NCBI GenBank assembly: GCA_950097015.1
Contig: CATNEN010000001.1
Location: 9,610,001 to 9,674,000 of the forward strand
From: Macrostomum hystrix
Taxonomy: Eukaryota; Animalia; Platyhelminthes
Reading direction: 5' to 3'
Length of the DNA stretch: 64,000 nucleotides
The notes below the pieces were generated by a model. That model was not told the DNA's origin and did no database searches. It worked only from the letters and a program-made list of their open reading frames with translations. Shown here piece after piece: positions 48,006-59,729 of this stretch; position 1 is the stretch's first letter, and each line of letters starts with the position of its first letter. The translations under genes and the position numbers were made by a program.

Positions 48006-50418
48006 ATGGACTTCAAAGAACTCAAAAAATTTGTACATGCGGAAACAGTGACAACAGACGCATCGAGTGCAGGTGTTGGAGCGCCTAAAGCTTCTGCAGT
48101 TGTCAACTTGGAATTGTTGGCCGAAAATTCTGTTTCGAGAGATTCTGCCAATGGCAGTCAGACCACTGTGTTTGACCATCTGATGTTCATTTTTAAACTC
48201 TGGTGGCGCCATTTGACCATGCGAGTTCGCGTGCCCAATGACGATATGGAAGAGCTGCAGAGGAGCTGCCAATTGGAGAAAAGGCAAATTGTGCGACTCT
48301 ATAAACAATTCCGCCTGCTTGTGGACAATCCGTCAAGAGACATACTATGTGTGGTGAGGCTCGGGAGTTTTTATGATGATTATTGGGCTGACTGCGGGAC
48401 GCCACATTTAAAAGGTTTTACGCCTACCTGTAAACAGGTACATAACTCCATACTAGCAGATTGAACATGAAGTATAATAACCATATCTAACACTCAGATG
48501 GCAGTGTCTCATAGGTAGAGAACCGTGTCTAACAGGTAGAGAACCGTGTCTAACAGTTAGAGAACCGTGTTTAACAGGTAGAGAACCGTGTCTAACAGGT
48601 AGAGAACAGTGTCTAACAGGTAGAGAACCGTGTCTAACAGGTAGAGAACCGTGTCTAACAGGTAGAGAACCGTGTCTAACAGGTAGAGAACAGTGTCTAA
48701 CAGGTAGAGAACAGTGTCTAACAGGTATACAACCGTATCTAACAGGTAGAGAACCGTGTTTAACAGGTAGAGAACCGTGTCTAACAGGTAGAGAACCGTG
48801 TCTAACAGGTAGAGAACCGTATCTAACAGGTATACAACCGTATCTAACAGGTATACAACCGTATCTAACAGGTATACAACCGTATCTAACAGGTATACAA
48901 CCGTATCTAACAGGTATACAACCGTATCTAACAGGTATACAACCGTATCTAACAGGTATACAACCGTATCTAACAGGTATACAACCGTATCTAACTGGTA
49001 GACAATCATGTCGAACAGGCAGATAATTGTATCTAACAGTTGATAGTTAATTACAATTTTAACAGGAGGATTTGCAAACCCACAGCTCGTTGCTAGCAGG
49101 CAACCCATTAAAGAAGTACATCTACCGGATGCTATTCTGTAACCGGGAGCAGCTAACCTTTGTTGAATTCGTCAAGAATCTGTCGCTGACACTTTCGAAT
49201 TGCATCGGCTGTCCTCATTTGCACATGGTGAAGTCTATGGCAGAGACTGCCTATTATATGGGCGCCACAAGTCCCAAGGATGTGATCCAGGTGCAGAAGC
49301 TGCTGACCCTATTTAATTGCTTCGATCTGAAAAAAATTGGTAAATTTCTCTTAGCGGATGTCTTAATTTACTTTAATCGTCCAGAATTTTCAAGCATATC
49401 CAGAATCTTGATTCTAAATGCTCACAAATGTACATCTACGAATATGCACATCTACGCATATGTACATCTACGCATATGTACATCTACGCATATGTACATC
49501 TACGCATATGTTACATCTACGCATATGTACATCTACGCATATGTACATTTACGCATATGTACATTTACGCATATGTACATTTACGCATATGTACATTTTC
49601 ACATACGCACATTTACGCATATGTACATTTTCAACATACCCTTGAACATATCCTTGAACAATAGCTGCGTCTGTGCCACAGGCTGCACATACATCTGGCC
49701 CAAGAGTGCATCTAAGAATAAAGTGCAGGGATAAGTGGCCACAGCGGTAAACGTGTTTGCGTCTCGGACCAAGGTCCCTGAGCTCGATTCCGCGGCGTGG
49801 CCACTTTTAGTTGGGGCGCAGCCGCGGAGAGAAGGCTTGAAGGCTTGTCGTGCAATTCACGCCCTTGAGGGCCAACCTGCTAGGCAGAGTGAGAGTGTAC
49901 AGTGCCTGACGATGAGAAAGTCAGGGCAGATGTACACACCTGTGTGAGCGAGTCAGTGAAATGGGCAGCATTGCCTCCTCTCTGGCTGCGGGTCTAGTGT
50001 CACCAAATGCTGTGCCAGTGCCCGCAGCTCTCCAGGCTCGTTGCGGAGACTTAAAAAAAGCAAAAATGTAACAAAACACTCAGGAGTCCTGGACACCAAC
50101 AGTCTGGGCCAGCTGCTCTACGATCTTCTGCGCTGCGACTCGGATTTCAGTGTCAGCAGTCTGGTGCCACCGTCGATGATGAGCCGCATGGTCAATACGG
50201 CCATTGTCAGCGTACACGAACGCTACCCCGGCATCTGCGCCGTCATCTGCGGCCCGGCTAAGGACCGCCAATCCAGCACTTCCGGCCCGTCGTTTTCCAG
50301 TCCTTCGGAGTGGCGCAGATGCAGCCACGAGGGACACAAAATGGTGCTGACTAGAGAGATCTTCGTGCGCGACCAAGAGAACCTGCATCTGGATCAGCTG
50401 CTGGCGATGCGCATTTGA
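48006..50418 (+). CDS. Calcineurin B homologous (CHP/CNB/CIB-like) EF-hand protein, divergent; exons 48006-48353, 49066-49339, 50084-50418, 318 aa
   Basis: EELQRSCQLEKRQIVRLYKQF..DNPSRDILCV|EDLQ...NPL...QLTFVEFVKNLS...KLLTLFNCFDLKKIG|VLDTNSL follows the CHP/CNB pattern. An alternative in-frame donor after 48437 is also possible. Confidence 0.7.
48510..49040. repeat. 21-bp minisatellite (ctaacaggtagagaaccgtgt), CHP-like intron 1
   Basis: About 24 units in two variant blocks; the sense strand carries CTAACAG|GTA. Confidence 0.9.
49428..49630. repeat. 16-bp minisatellite (tacgcatatgtacatY), CHP-like intron 2
   Basis: Tandem units with palindromic CATATG/TGTACA. Confidence 0.85.
49728..50033 (+). 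mobile_element. SINE family A copy (intronic)
   Basis: tRNA head plus full body, without the (TTA)n tail. Confidence 0.85.
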
Positions 50419-50585
50419 TACTACTCAAGCCAGGCTCATGAGTAGTATACATTGGAAATGACTAGAATAATATAGTGCATCTATAAATGCGTAGTTAAAA
50501 TTCTGAGTAATGAAAAAACTAACCGCACTTTTGATTTAATGATTCGATTGAGAACCAAAACAGCCGTTTCACTATTCTTACTTTT

Positions 50586-50866
<281 letters not shown>

Positions 50867-51859
50867 TAAAAAAGGGTCAAATAATTGCATTTAATTAAAC
50901 ATTCAGGACATATTTAGTGCTTCTCAGATCCTCATTTGTCCAGCATAGAACACAGAGCCGTGAAGCAGTTCTCAATGATCTGCTTGCTTTCCCATTGCAA
51001 TCCTCAACCGTGGGTAACGTGATATGCGTGCCGCGCCGAGCACTTGAGAGATGGTGTCGCAACAGACCCATCTAACCTGCCCCTCCTCTTGTTCCATTTT
51101 GCTCCTCTTCCAACCATTGAATTTCTGTAAGTGGGGTTGGTTCGAGAGTCAGGGAAGTTACAGCAATGGTTAGATTCCTGTCTCCATAGGTGTCAATCAT
51201 TGCATGCAGGTCCCATCCAGCTTGAGCTTGTTCATTGATTTTTCTCTTATCTTGAATTCCTGTCTAGTGGAGAAATTGCGGAACGGAGTCGATAATGTGC
51301 TCCGGGTTGGTTCCCCTATAATAAAGTGAAACTAAATTCTCTTTAACCATTTTTTCATCAGGCATTTTTCAAATCCGTCAGTATAGGATCAAGAGTGAGT
51401 GATGCTTGGCTTGCAGTCTAACTCAAACTTTGAGACTCTGTTGCGTAATACTGTACATTGTGCCGATAAACTGGCGCTCATTGTATCCTAGCTGTAGATA
51501 TGCATGCAAATTTTTGTGCCGTATCTGTCGTCAGATTTCTAGCATGTGACATATTTCACAGTTGTGGCAGGAATTTGATCGTACTGATGGCCTGACGCGA
51601 ATAATCCCCGGGAATTGAGATTTGTGCCAGATATTTACTCAAGCTGCAATGCAATCATGCTGACAGATGAAATATTGAGTGCAGTGCATAGATATATAAA
51701 CAGTAACAGTTATATCTGAGCATGGTTGACTGATTGTTTATAGTTGTTGTTGTGAAACTCGCGAATATTTAACTTTTATACACTGATCCACGCCTAAGTT
51801 TGGTTCTCAACATTTTCAGTACAATCGTTTTCGTCTTAGAATAGCTGAGTAAGCTTTTT

Positions 51860-53465
51860 GTCGATGTTTTAGTCGGTTGGTTTCGATGTTTGGTAATCGA
51901 AGTTTGGTTGTCGAAGTTTGGTTGCCGAAGTTTGGTTATCGAGGTTTGGTTGTCGAAGTTTGGTTATCGAAGTTTAGTTGTCGAAGTTTGGTTATCGAAG
52001 TTTGGTTGTCGAAGTTTGGTTATCGAAGTCGAAGTTTGGTTGTCGAAGTTTGGTTGTCGAAGTTTGGTTATCGAAGTTTGGTTGTCGAAGTTTGGTTATC
52101 GAAGTTTGGTTATCGAAGTTTGGTTATCGAAGTTTGGTTGTCGAAGTTTGGTTGTCGAAGTTTGGTTGTCGAAGTTTGGTTATCGAAGTTTGGTTGTCGA
52201 AGTTTGGTTATCGAAGTCGAAGTTTGGTTGTCGATGTTTGGTTATCGAAGTTTGGTTATCGATGTTTGGTTGTCGAAGTTTGGTTATCGTTGTCGAAGTT
52301 TGGTTATCGAAGTCGAAGTTTGGTTGTCGAAGTTTGGTTGTCGAAGTTTGGTTATCGAAGTTTGGTTATCGAAGCTTGGTTGTCGAAGTTTGGTTGTCGA
52401 TGTTTGGTTGTCGAAGTTTGGTTATCGAAGTTTGGTTGTCGAAGTTTTGTTATCGAAGTCGAAGTTTGGTTGTCGATGTTTGGTTGTCGAAGTTTGGTTA
52501 TCGAAGTCGAAGTTTTGTTGTCGATGTTTGGTTGTCAAAGTTTGGTTATCGAAGTTTTGTTATCGATGTTTGGTTGTCGATGTTTTGTTATCGAAGTTTG
52601 GTTGTCGAAGTTTGGTTATCGAAGTTTTGTTATCGATGTTTGGTTGTCGAAGTTTGGTTGTCGAAGTTTGGTTATCGAAGTCGAAGTTTTGTTGTCGATG
52701 TTTGGTTGTCAAAGTTTGGTTATCGAAGTTTTGTTATCGAAGTTTGGTTGTCGAAGTTTGGTTGTCGAAGTTTGGTTGTCGAAGTTTGGTTGTCGAAGTT
52801 TGGTTGTCGAAGTTTGGTTGTCAATGTTTTGTTATCGAAGTTTGGTTGTCGATGTTTTGTTATCGAAGTTTGGTTGTCGATGTTTTGTTATCGAAGTTTG
52901 GTTGTCGATGTTTTGTTATCGATGTTTGGTTGTCGATGTTTTGTTATCGAAGTTTGGTTGTCGATGTTTTGTTATCGAAGTTTGGTTGTCGATGTTTTGT
53001 TATCGAAGTTTGGTTGTCGAAGTTTGGTTGTCGAAGTTTGGTTGTCGAAGTTTGGTTGTCGATGTTTGGTTGTCGAAGTTTGGTTGTCGAAGTTTGGTTG
53101 TCGAAGTTTGGTTGTCGAAGTTTGGTTGTCGAAGTTTGGTTGTCGAAGTTTGGTTGTCAATGTTTTGTTATCGAAGTTTGGTTGTCGATGTTTTGTTATC
53201 GATGTTTGGTTGTCGATGTTTTGTTATCGAAGTTTGGTTGTCGATGTTTTGTTATCGAAGTTTGGTTGTCGATGTTTTGTTATCGAAGTTTGGTTGTCGA
53301 AGTTTGGTTGTCGAAGTTTGGTTGTCGATGTTTGGTTGTCGAAGTTTGGTTGTCGAAGTTTGGTTATCGAAGTTTTGTTATCGATGTTTGGTTGTCGATG
53401 TTTTGTTATCGAAGTTTGGTTGTCGAAGTCGAAATTTAGTTGTCGAGGTTTGGTTATTGAAGTTG
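51860..53465. repeat. 14-bp minisatellite (tcgaagtttggttR)
   Basis: About 110 tandem units. Confidence 0.93.
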
Positions 53466-54204
53466 GTTGTAGAAGTAAAATTCGTTGTCGTTTGCTATGG
53501 GAAATATTTCTTAAAGAAAGTACTAAAGAAAACCTAGTTCACCTTCTTCATAACAATGTTTTTTCGAGCTGAAGCTAGAAAACTTCCAAGTTTCAGAAAT
53601 ATCACGCCGGAGCTACCAGATGTGAAAATATGGAAAGATATTTTTGGAATCGATAATTGGACAGCCTTAGAATATGTGTCCCACTCAGTAACTGTCGCAG
53701 TCCTGTACCCCAATCTCTATGGTGACCCGCCGATCCATGAATTAATGCGCAGCTGCTGGCGCGTCACTGTTATGACGCATCTTTTTTTAACTGGCAAATA
53801 AAGAAGAACAAAAATTTCTTTGGCTCTAAAAGTATTCTACAAGCTGTGCCAAGTTAATTGGATGGGTCTCTGTTTACTTATTTTGCACACCTTGGATAGC
53901 TGGCTAGTGTGTAAGCCAATTAGCAATCTGTTGCCATTGCCTTTCTTTATTTTCATTACGCGCAATTTTCTTCCAGACGTCGCTCTTCAGTGAGAGCTAA
54001 TTATGCGGCACTTAGGCCATCTTTTCCAGCGGGTGTGGTGAAATCTGTGCTGTGCGTGAGCATTAATGACTGTTGCTTGGCAACGAAACTCATATCTGAA
54101 ATGAAACTTACAATTTTAGATACTGCTTAAAATAGGCTTCATTCAATTCGATATTGTATTAGATATTCAATTTCTGTTGTTCCTTACTTCCTACTTCTCT
54201 CCGT

Positions 54205-54850
54205 TTCCATCTCCCTCTCCCTCTCCCTCTCCCTCTCACTTTCGCTCTCCCTCTCCCTCTCCCTCTCCCCCTCTCCCTCTCCATCTCTCTCCCTCTCCCT
54301 CTCCCCCTCTCCCTCTCACTCTCCCTCTCCCTCTCACTCTCCCTCTCCCTCTCACTCTCCCTCTCCCTCTCCCTCTCCCTCTCACTCTCCCTCTCCCTCT
54401 CACTCTCCCTCTCCCTCTCCCTCTCCCTCTCCCTCTCACTCTCCCTCTCCCTCTCCCTCTCCCTCTCACTCTCCCTCTCCCTCTTCCTCTCCCTCTCACT
54501 CTCCCTCTCCCTCTCACTCTCCCTCTCCCTCTCCCTCTCCCTCTCCCTCTACCTCTCACTCTCCCTCTCCCTCTCCCTCTCCCTCTCCCCCTCTCCCTCT
54601 CCGTCTCTCTCCCTCTCCCTCTCCCACTCTCCCTCTCACTCTCCCTCTCCCTCTCACTCTCCCTCTCCCTCTCACTCTCCCTCTCACTCTCCCACTCTCA
54701 CTCTCCCTCTCCCTCTCCCTCTCCCTCTCCCCCTCTCCCTCTCCATCTCTCTCCCTCTCCCTCTCCCACTCTCCCTCTCACTCTCCCTCTCCCTCTCACT
54801 CTCCCTCTCCCTCTCACTCTCCCTCTCACTCCCGCTCTCCCTCTGCCTTT
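54205..54850. repeat. (CTCTCC/CTCTCA)n polypyrimidine microsatellite
   Basis: Direct observation. Confidence 0.93.
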
Positions 54851-55789
54851 CCCTATCTCTGTCCAAACGGAATTCCCTCAATATCTCTAATCTCTCTCTC
54901 CCTTTGCCTTCTTATCGAATTAGCAATTCTCCCAAATGAACTTCTAAAAACTGCAATCATTTTTAATCATCGTACGATTTTCATGGTCCCATATTTGCTT
55001 TCGGTGATTAATCTTGTCTTACCACAAGCAATAAAAATGCCGAAAAAATCTGCTATTAAACCTCTTCCTAAATGCAAAATGCTGCCGGATAAACATTTTT
55101 ATCTTATTTTATTTCTTTTAAATAGAAAAAGGTTGCCCCTAGAATCAACTGGATAGTTTTGACATTATTGCTCGTTATGTTAATTTTTTCATTTTTTATC
55201 TAATGTGGATTCACCATTGAGGTTGGCTCAGTGGAATGTTTGTTGTTCTTGCCACCAGGGTCTTCGACAAGAATCTCAACGATGCTGTGACGCCTGACGT
55301 CTTTGAAAGTCAGTTCATTGTGTTAAGGGGCGGAAAATTTAAGCCAACATTTTGGACTTTCACGAAGATCGATCAATCGGTTGGGAGCGAAGTACCGTAG
55401 TAGTTGAAATGGAATGTGGTCTTTCGTCAGGGGGTGAATAGCGTGATCTTTTCACTGTTGATGTTAACACATGACGACAAATTTCGCATTGTGACGAGGG
55501 TAGAAAAACAGATCTATAAAGGATTTTATAAAGCAAATCCACTCACTCGATCATTCATCAATTCATTATAACGGTTGTGTATTCTACAGCATTGATTTGA
55601 CATGTAACAATAAACTAAGAAAACTAGCGCATTGCCTCGAAATTCTGCATATTGCGAATGTTCAGGTGTGAAAAAATGTTCCTTTTTTGCGTTTGATTTG
55701 GAGAAAATGAAAGAATCTATATTAGAAAAAACATTGACTTCGTCCAATTTTTTTATTCAGCATTGTCCTGAACTTTCTGAGACGCTAAA

Positions 55790-56825
55790 ATTCAGATTCC
55801 CAGAAGTTTCAGGTTCCTTGAAGGTTTCAGGTTCCTTGAGGGTTTCATGTTCACTGAAGATTTCAGGTTCACTGAAGATTTCAGGTTCCCTGAAGATTTT
55901 AGGTTTCTGAAGATTTTATGATCCCTGAAGGTTTCAGGGTCCCTGAAGGTTTCAGGGTCCCTGAAGGTTTCAGGGTCCCTGAAGATTTTAGGTTTCTGAA
56001 GATTTTATGATCCTTGAAGGTTTCAGGGTCCCTGAAGATTTTAGGTTTCTGAAGATTTTATGATCCCTGAAGGTTTCAGGGTCCCTGAAGGTTTCAGGGT
56101 CCCTGAAGGTTTCAGGTTCCCTGAAGGTTTCAGGTTCCCTGAAGATTTTTGGTTACTTAAGGATTTTAGGTTCCCTGAAGATTTCAGTTTCCCTGAATTT
56201 TATAGGCTCCGTGAAGTTTTCAGGTTGCCTTAAGGTTTCAGGTTCCCTGAAGGTTTCAGGTTCCCTGAAGATTTTAGGTTTCTGAAGATTTTATGATCCC
56301 TGAAGGTTTCAGGGTCCCTGAAGGTTTCAGGGTCCCTGAAGGTTTCAGGGTCCCTGAAGATTTTAGGTTTCTGAAGATTTTATGATCCTTGAAGGTTTCA
56401 GGGTCCCTGAAGATTTTAGGTTTCTGAAGATTTTATGATCCCTGAAGGTTTCAGGGTCCCTGAAGGTTTCAGGGTCCCTGAAGGTTTCAGGTTCCCTGAA
56501 GGTTTCAGGTTCCCTGAAGATTTTTGGTTACTTAAGGATTTTAGGTTCCCTGAAGATTTCAGTTTCCCTGAATTTTATAGGCTCCGTGAAGTTTTCAGGT
56601 TGCCTTAAGGTTTCAGGTTCCCTGAAGGTTTCAGGCCCACTAAATATTTCAGGTTTCCTGAAGATTTCAGATTCCCTGAAGGTTTCAGGTTCCCTGAAGA
56701 TTTTAGGTTCCCTGAGAATTTTAGGTTCCCTGAGGATTTCAGGTTCCCTGAAGATTTTTGATTCCCTGGAGGTTTCAGGTTCCCGGAAGTTTTCAGGCTC
56801 CCTGAAGATTTCAGGCTTCCTGAAT
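55790..56825. repeat. 18-bp palindromic minisatellite (gaaggtttcaggKtccct) with ~360-bp duplication
   Basis: Units contain CTGAA-ggt-TTCAG and TTCAGGG-t-CCCTGAA inverted repeats. Block ~55890-56250 is repeated at ~56250-56610. Confidence 0.88.
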
Positions 56826-57524
56826 GTGAAGATAATTCATTTTCCACTTTTACACACCAAGTAATCGCAACGAGAAGAAATGTTGATTTAGTAAAAGATA
56901 AAAGACAAGATTTTTGTGTTAGAAAAAAATGATGCTCATTTTCTGTATAGACTTATACCCAACAATGTTAGTAACCATCTATAGCAGTATGAAATGTCAA
57001 GTCAAGCAATTGCGGATCATTCACAATCCATGTTTGCTATTCCACTCGCTCACATTTTAATGATAGTTCGCTCGAACTGAGTGGGAATACAGAATGCATT
57101 ACTATAAATGTTTAATAATATAGTCGTTATACTAGCGACTGCTTCAGGTGTTTTACCTGTCGGAGCATTCTTTGATTGAAAGGGTTGTGCGTTGTGTGTT
57201 AGTTTGTGTCCACACGCATGTTACAGTGTTAGGCCGATAGCTTGCGCTAGGCTCGTGTTTATTTAGTATGGTCTATTATTCTTTGCCATTGTGATCAATC
57301 TTTCTTAAAGTCGTTTCCACTCGACTATACGTCGCGAATTTGTCGTCCAACTTACTATGCGTCAAAATATTTGTTTTCTCGCGATACCAGTTTGAAGCTA
57401 ACTTTGTTTTACCTATATTATTCTGATTTTAATTTAGCTTTTATAATCACTTCTTTTTTCCATATAACTGTATATGTTCTGCTAAAAGTTTCGAATTAAT
57501 TTTATTGTCTTTTTAGTCTTGTCT

Positions 57525-58610
57525 TAGTGCCTGTCCTATTTGTCTTGTAAGTTGTCTGTCCTAGTTGTCTGATAAGGTGTCTGTCCTAGTTGTCTGATAA
57601 GGTGTCTGTCCTAGTTGTCTGTTAAGGTGTCTGTCCTAGTTGTCTGATAAGGTGTCTGTCCTAGTTGTCTTGTAAGGTGTCTGTCCTAGTTGTCTGATAA
57701 GGTGTCTGTCCTAGTTGTCTGATAAGGTGTTTGTCCTATTTGTCTGATAAGGTGTCTGTCCTAGTTGTCTGATAAGGTGTCTGTCCTAGTTGTCTGATAA
57801 GGTGTCTGTCCTATTTGTCTGATAAGGTGTCTGTCCTAGTTGTCTGATAAGGTGTCTGTCCTATTTGTTTTGTAAGTTGTCTGTCCTATTTGTCTGATAA
57901 GTTGTCTGTCCTAGTTGTCTGATAAGTTGTCTGTCCTATTTGTCTGATAAGGTGTCTGTCCTATTTGTCTGATAAGGTGTCTGTCCTATTTGTCTGATAA
58001 GGTGTCTGTCCTAGTTGTCTGATAAGGTGTCTGTCCTAGTTGTTTGATAAGTTGTCTGTCCTAGTTGTCTGATAAGTTGTCTGTCCTAGTTGTCTGATAA
58101 GTTGTCTGTCCTATTTGTCTGATAAGGTGTCTGTCCTATTTGTCTGATAAGGTGTCTGTCCTATTTGTCTGATAAGTTGTCTGTCCTAGTTGTCTGATAA
58201 GGTGTCTGTCCTAGTTGTTTGATAAGGTGTCTGTCCTATTTGTCTGATAAGGTGTCTGTCCTAGTTGTCTGATAAGTTGTCTGTCCTATTTGTCTGATAA
58301 GGTGTCTGTCCTAGTTGTCTGATAAGGTGCCTGTCCTATTTGTCTTGTAAGTTGTCTGTCCTAGTTGTCTGATAAGGTGTCTGTCCTGGTTTTCTGTTAA
58401 GGTGTCTGTCCTATTTGTCTGATAAGGTGTCTGTCCTATTTGTCTTGTAAGTTGTCTGTCCTAGTTGTCTGATAAGGTGTCTGTCCTGGTTTTCTGTTAA
58501 GGTGTCTGTCCTAGTTGTCTTGTAAGTTGTCTGTCCTGGTTTTCTGTTAAGGTGTCTGTCCTAGTTGTCTGTTAAGGTGTCTGTCCTAGTTGTCTGTCTA
58601 GTTGTCTATA
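57525..58610. repeat. 25-bp minisatellite (gtctgtcctaKttgtctgataagKt)
   Basis: About 43 tandem units. Confidence 0.92.
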
Positions 58611-59199
58611 TCTATGATCAGTCTATCACGACTCATTAGTGTAATACGCTCGTAGTAAGTTTTCTGTCACTCTGTCACGCCTTATCTTTGTGTCAGTCAA
58701 TAAAAAGCTGATTCGTTTGCTCGATCGAAATGTGCAAATTAAAAAAATATTATCTTGGCTAGTACCCACAAGCCAAACTGATCATGTCTGTTCTCTGTTT
58801 GTCTAAGACTAGAGTGAGTTGAAAAAACGCAAAATTTGCTAATAAATTGCGCTTGGTGAAGTAACTAATCAAGAAGCACAAATTTGATATATTTGACTGA
58901 CATTTCAAATTATGACAAGTGCAGAACTATATCTTAACAGTGCTGTCAAGCCCCGTTGTCAAGTCGCACAGTCAAGCAGAAGTAGCAAAACAAAAAAATC
59001 ACATAATCACATACTTACAGTTTAATCAAATCATTTACATTAATTATATATTTATATATTAAGTACATTCGGTATTTTATACACTATGTGTACGCACGCA
59101 GGAAAGAGCAAAGCAAAAGACAAGAAAAAAATGGTTGCACAATTAGTTTTTTAAAACCCTGTGCGAAATTAATCAATTGAGAAGGCTGTACATTTAAAA

Positions 59200-59480
59200 T
59201 GTGGAGTGAGGAGGGGCAGGGAGTGAGGCTGCGAATGTACACTTAGAACTGTGGAGTGAGGAGGGGCAGGGAGTGAGGCTGTGAATGTACACTTAGAACT
59301 GTGGAGTGAGGAGGGGCAGGGAGTGAGGCTGTGAATGTACACTTAGAACTGTGGAGTGAGGAAGGGCAAGGATTGGGGTTGTAGATGTACTTTTTTTAAT
59401 TTTGAATTGAGGAGGGGCATGGAGTGGGTTGTGAATGTACTATTAAGCTGTGGAGTGCGGAGGGGCATGGGGTGAGGATG
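59200..59480. repeat. 50-bp G-rich tandem repeat downstream of the APCDD1 stop
   Basis: gtggagtgaggaggggcagggagtgaggctgtgaatgtacacttagaact, about 5 copies; an inverted relative of 60115-60320. Confidence 0.85.
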
Positions 59481-59729
59481 GCTGTACTGTATGCATGTTG
59501 ACATAATTTACGGTGTAGCTTGTAGGGCAGAAAACTTATGTGGCAAAATTAAAATGAAGATTGACCAGAGAAGTAAACACATTGCGCTAATGAAGAGTTT
59601 AGCATAATGTTGGCAACAACAACTCTATAGTTATTTGAAATTAGTTTCTAAATGTCAATGCAACAGCGAATCTTGTTATATTGGCAATAGCAGGGCGCTG
59701 TCACTTTTAGTTTTAAAGTCTGCAGAAAT

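Noticed and set aside
50890-51750. Possible decayed transposase/PHD fragment (WVCCD) on the minus strand
   Set aside because: Many stops and only one short motif.
51877-53572. Three overlapping ~520-560-aa ORFs
   Set aside because: 14-bp satellite lacking stop codons.
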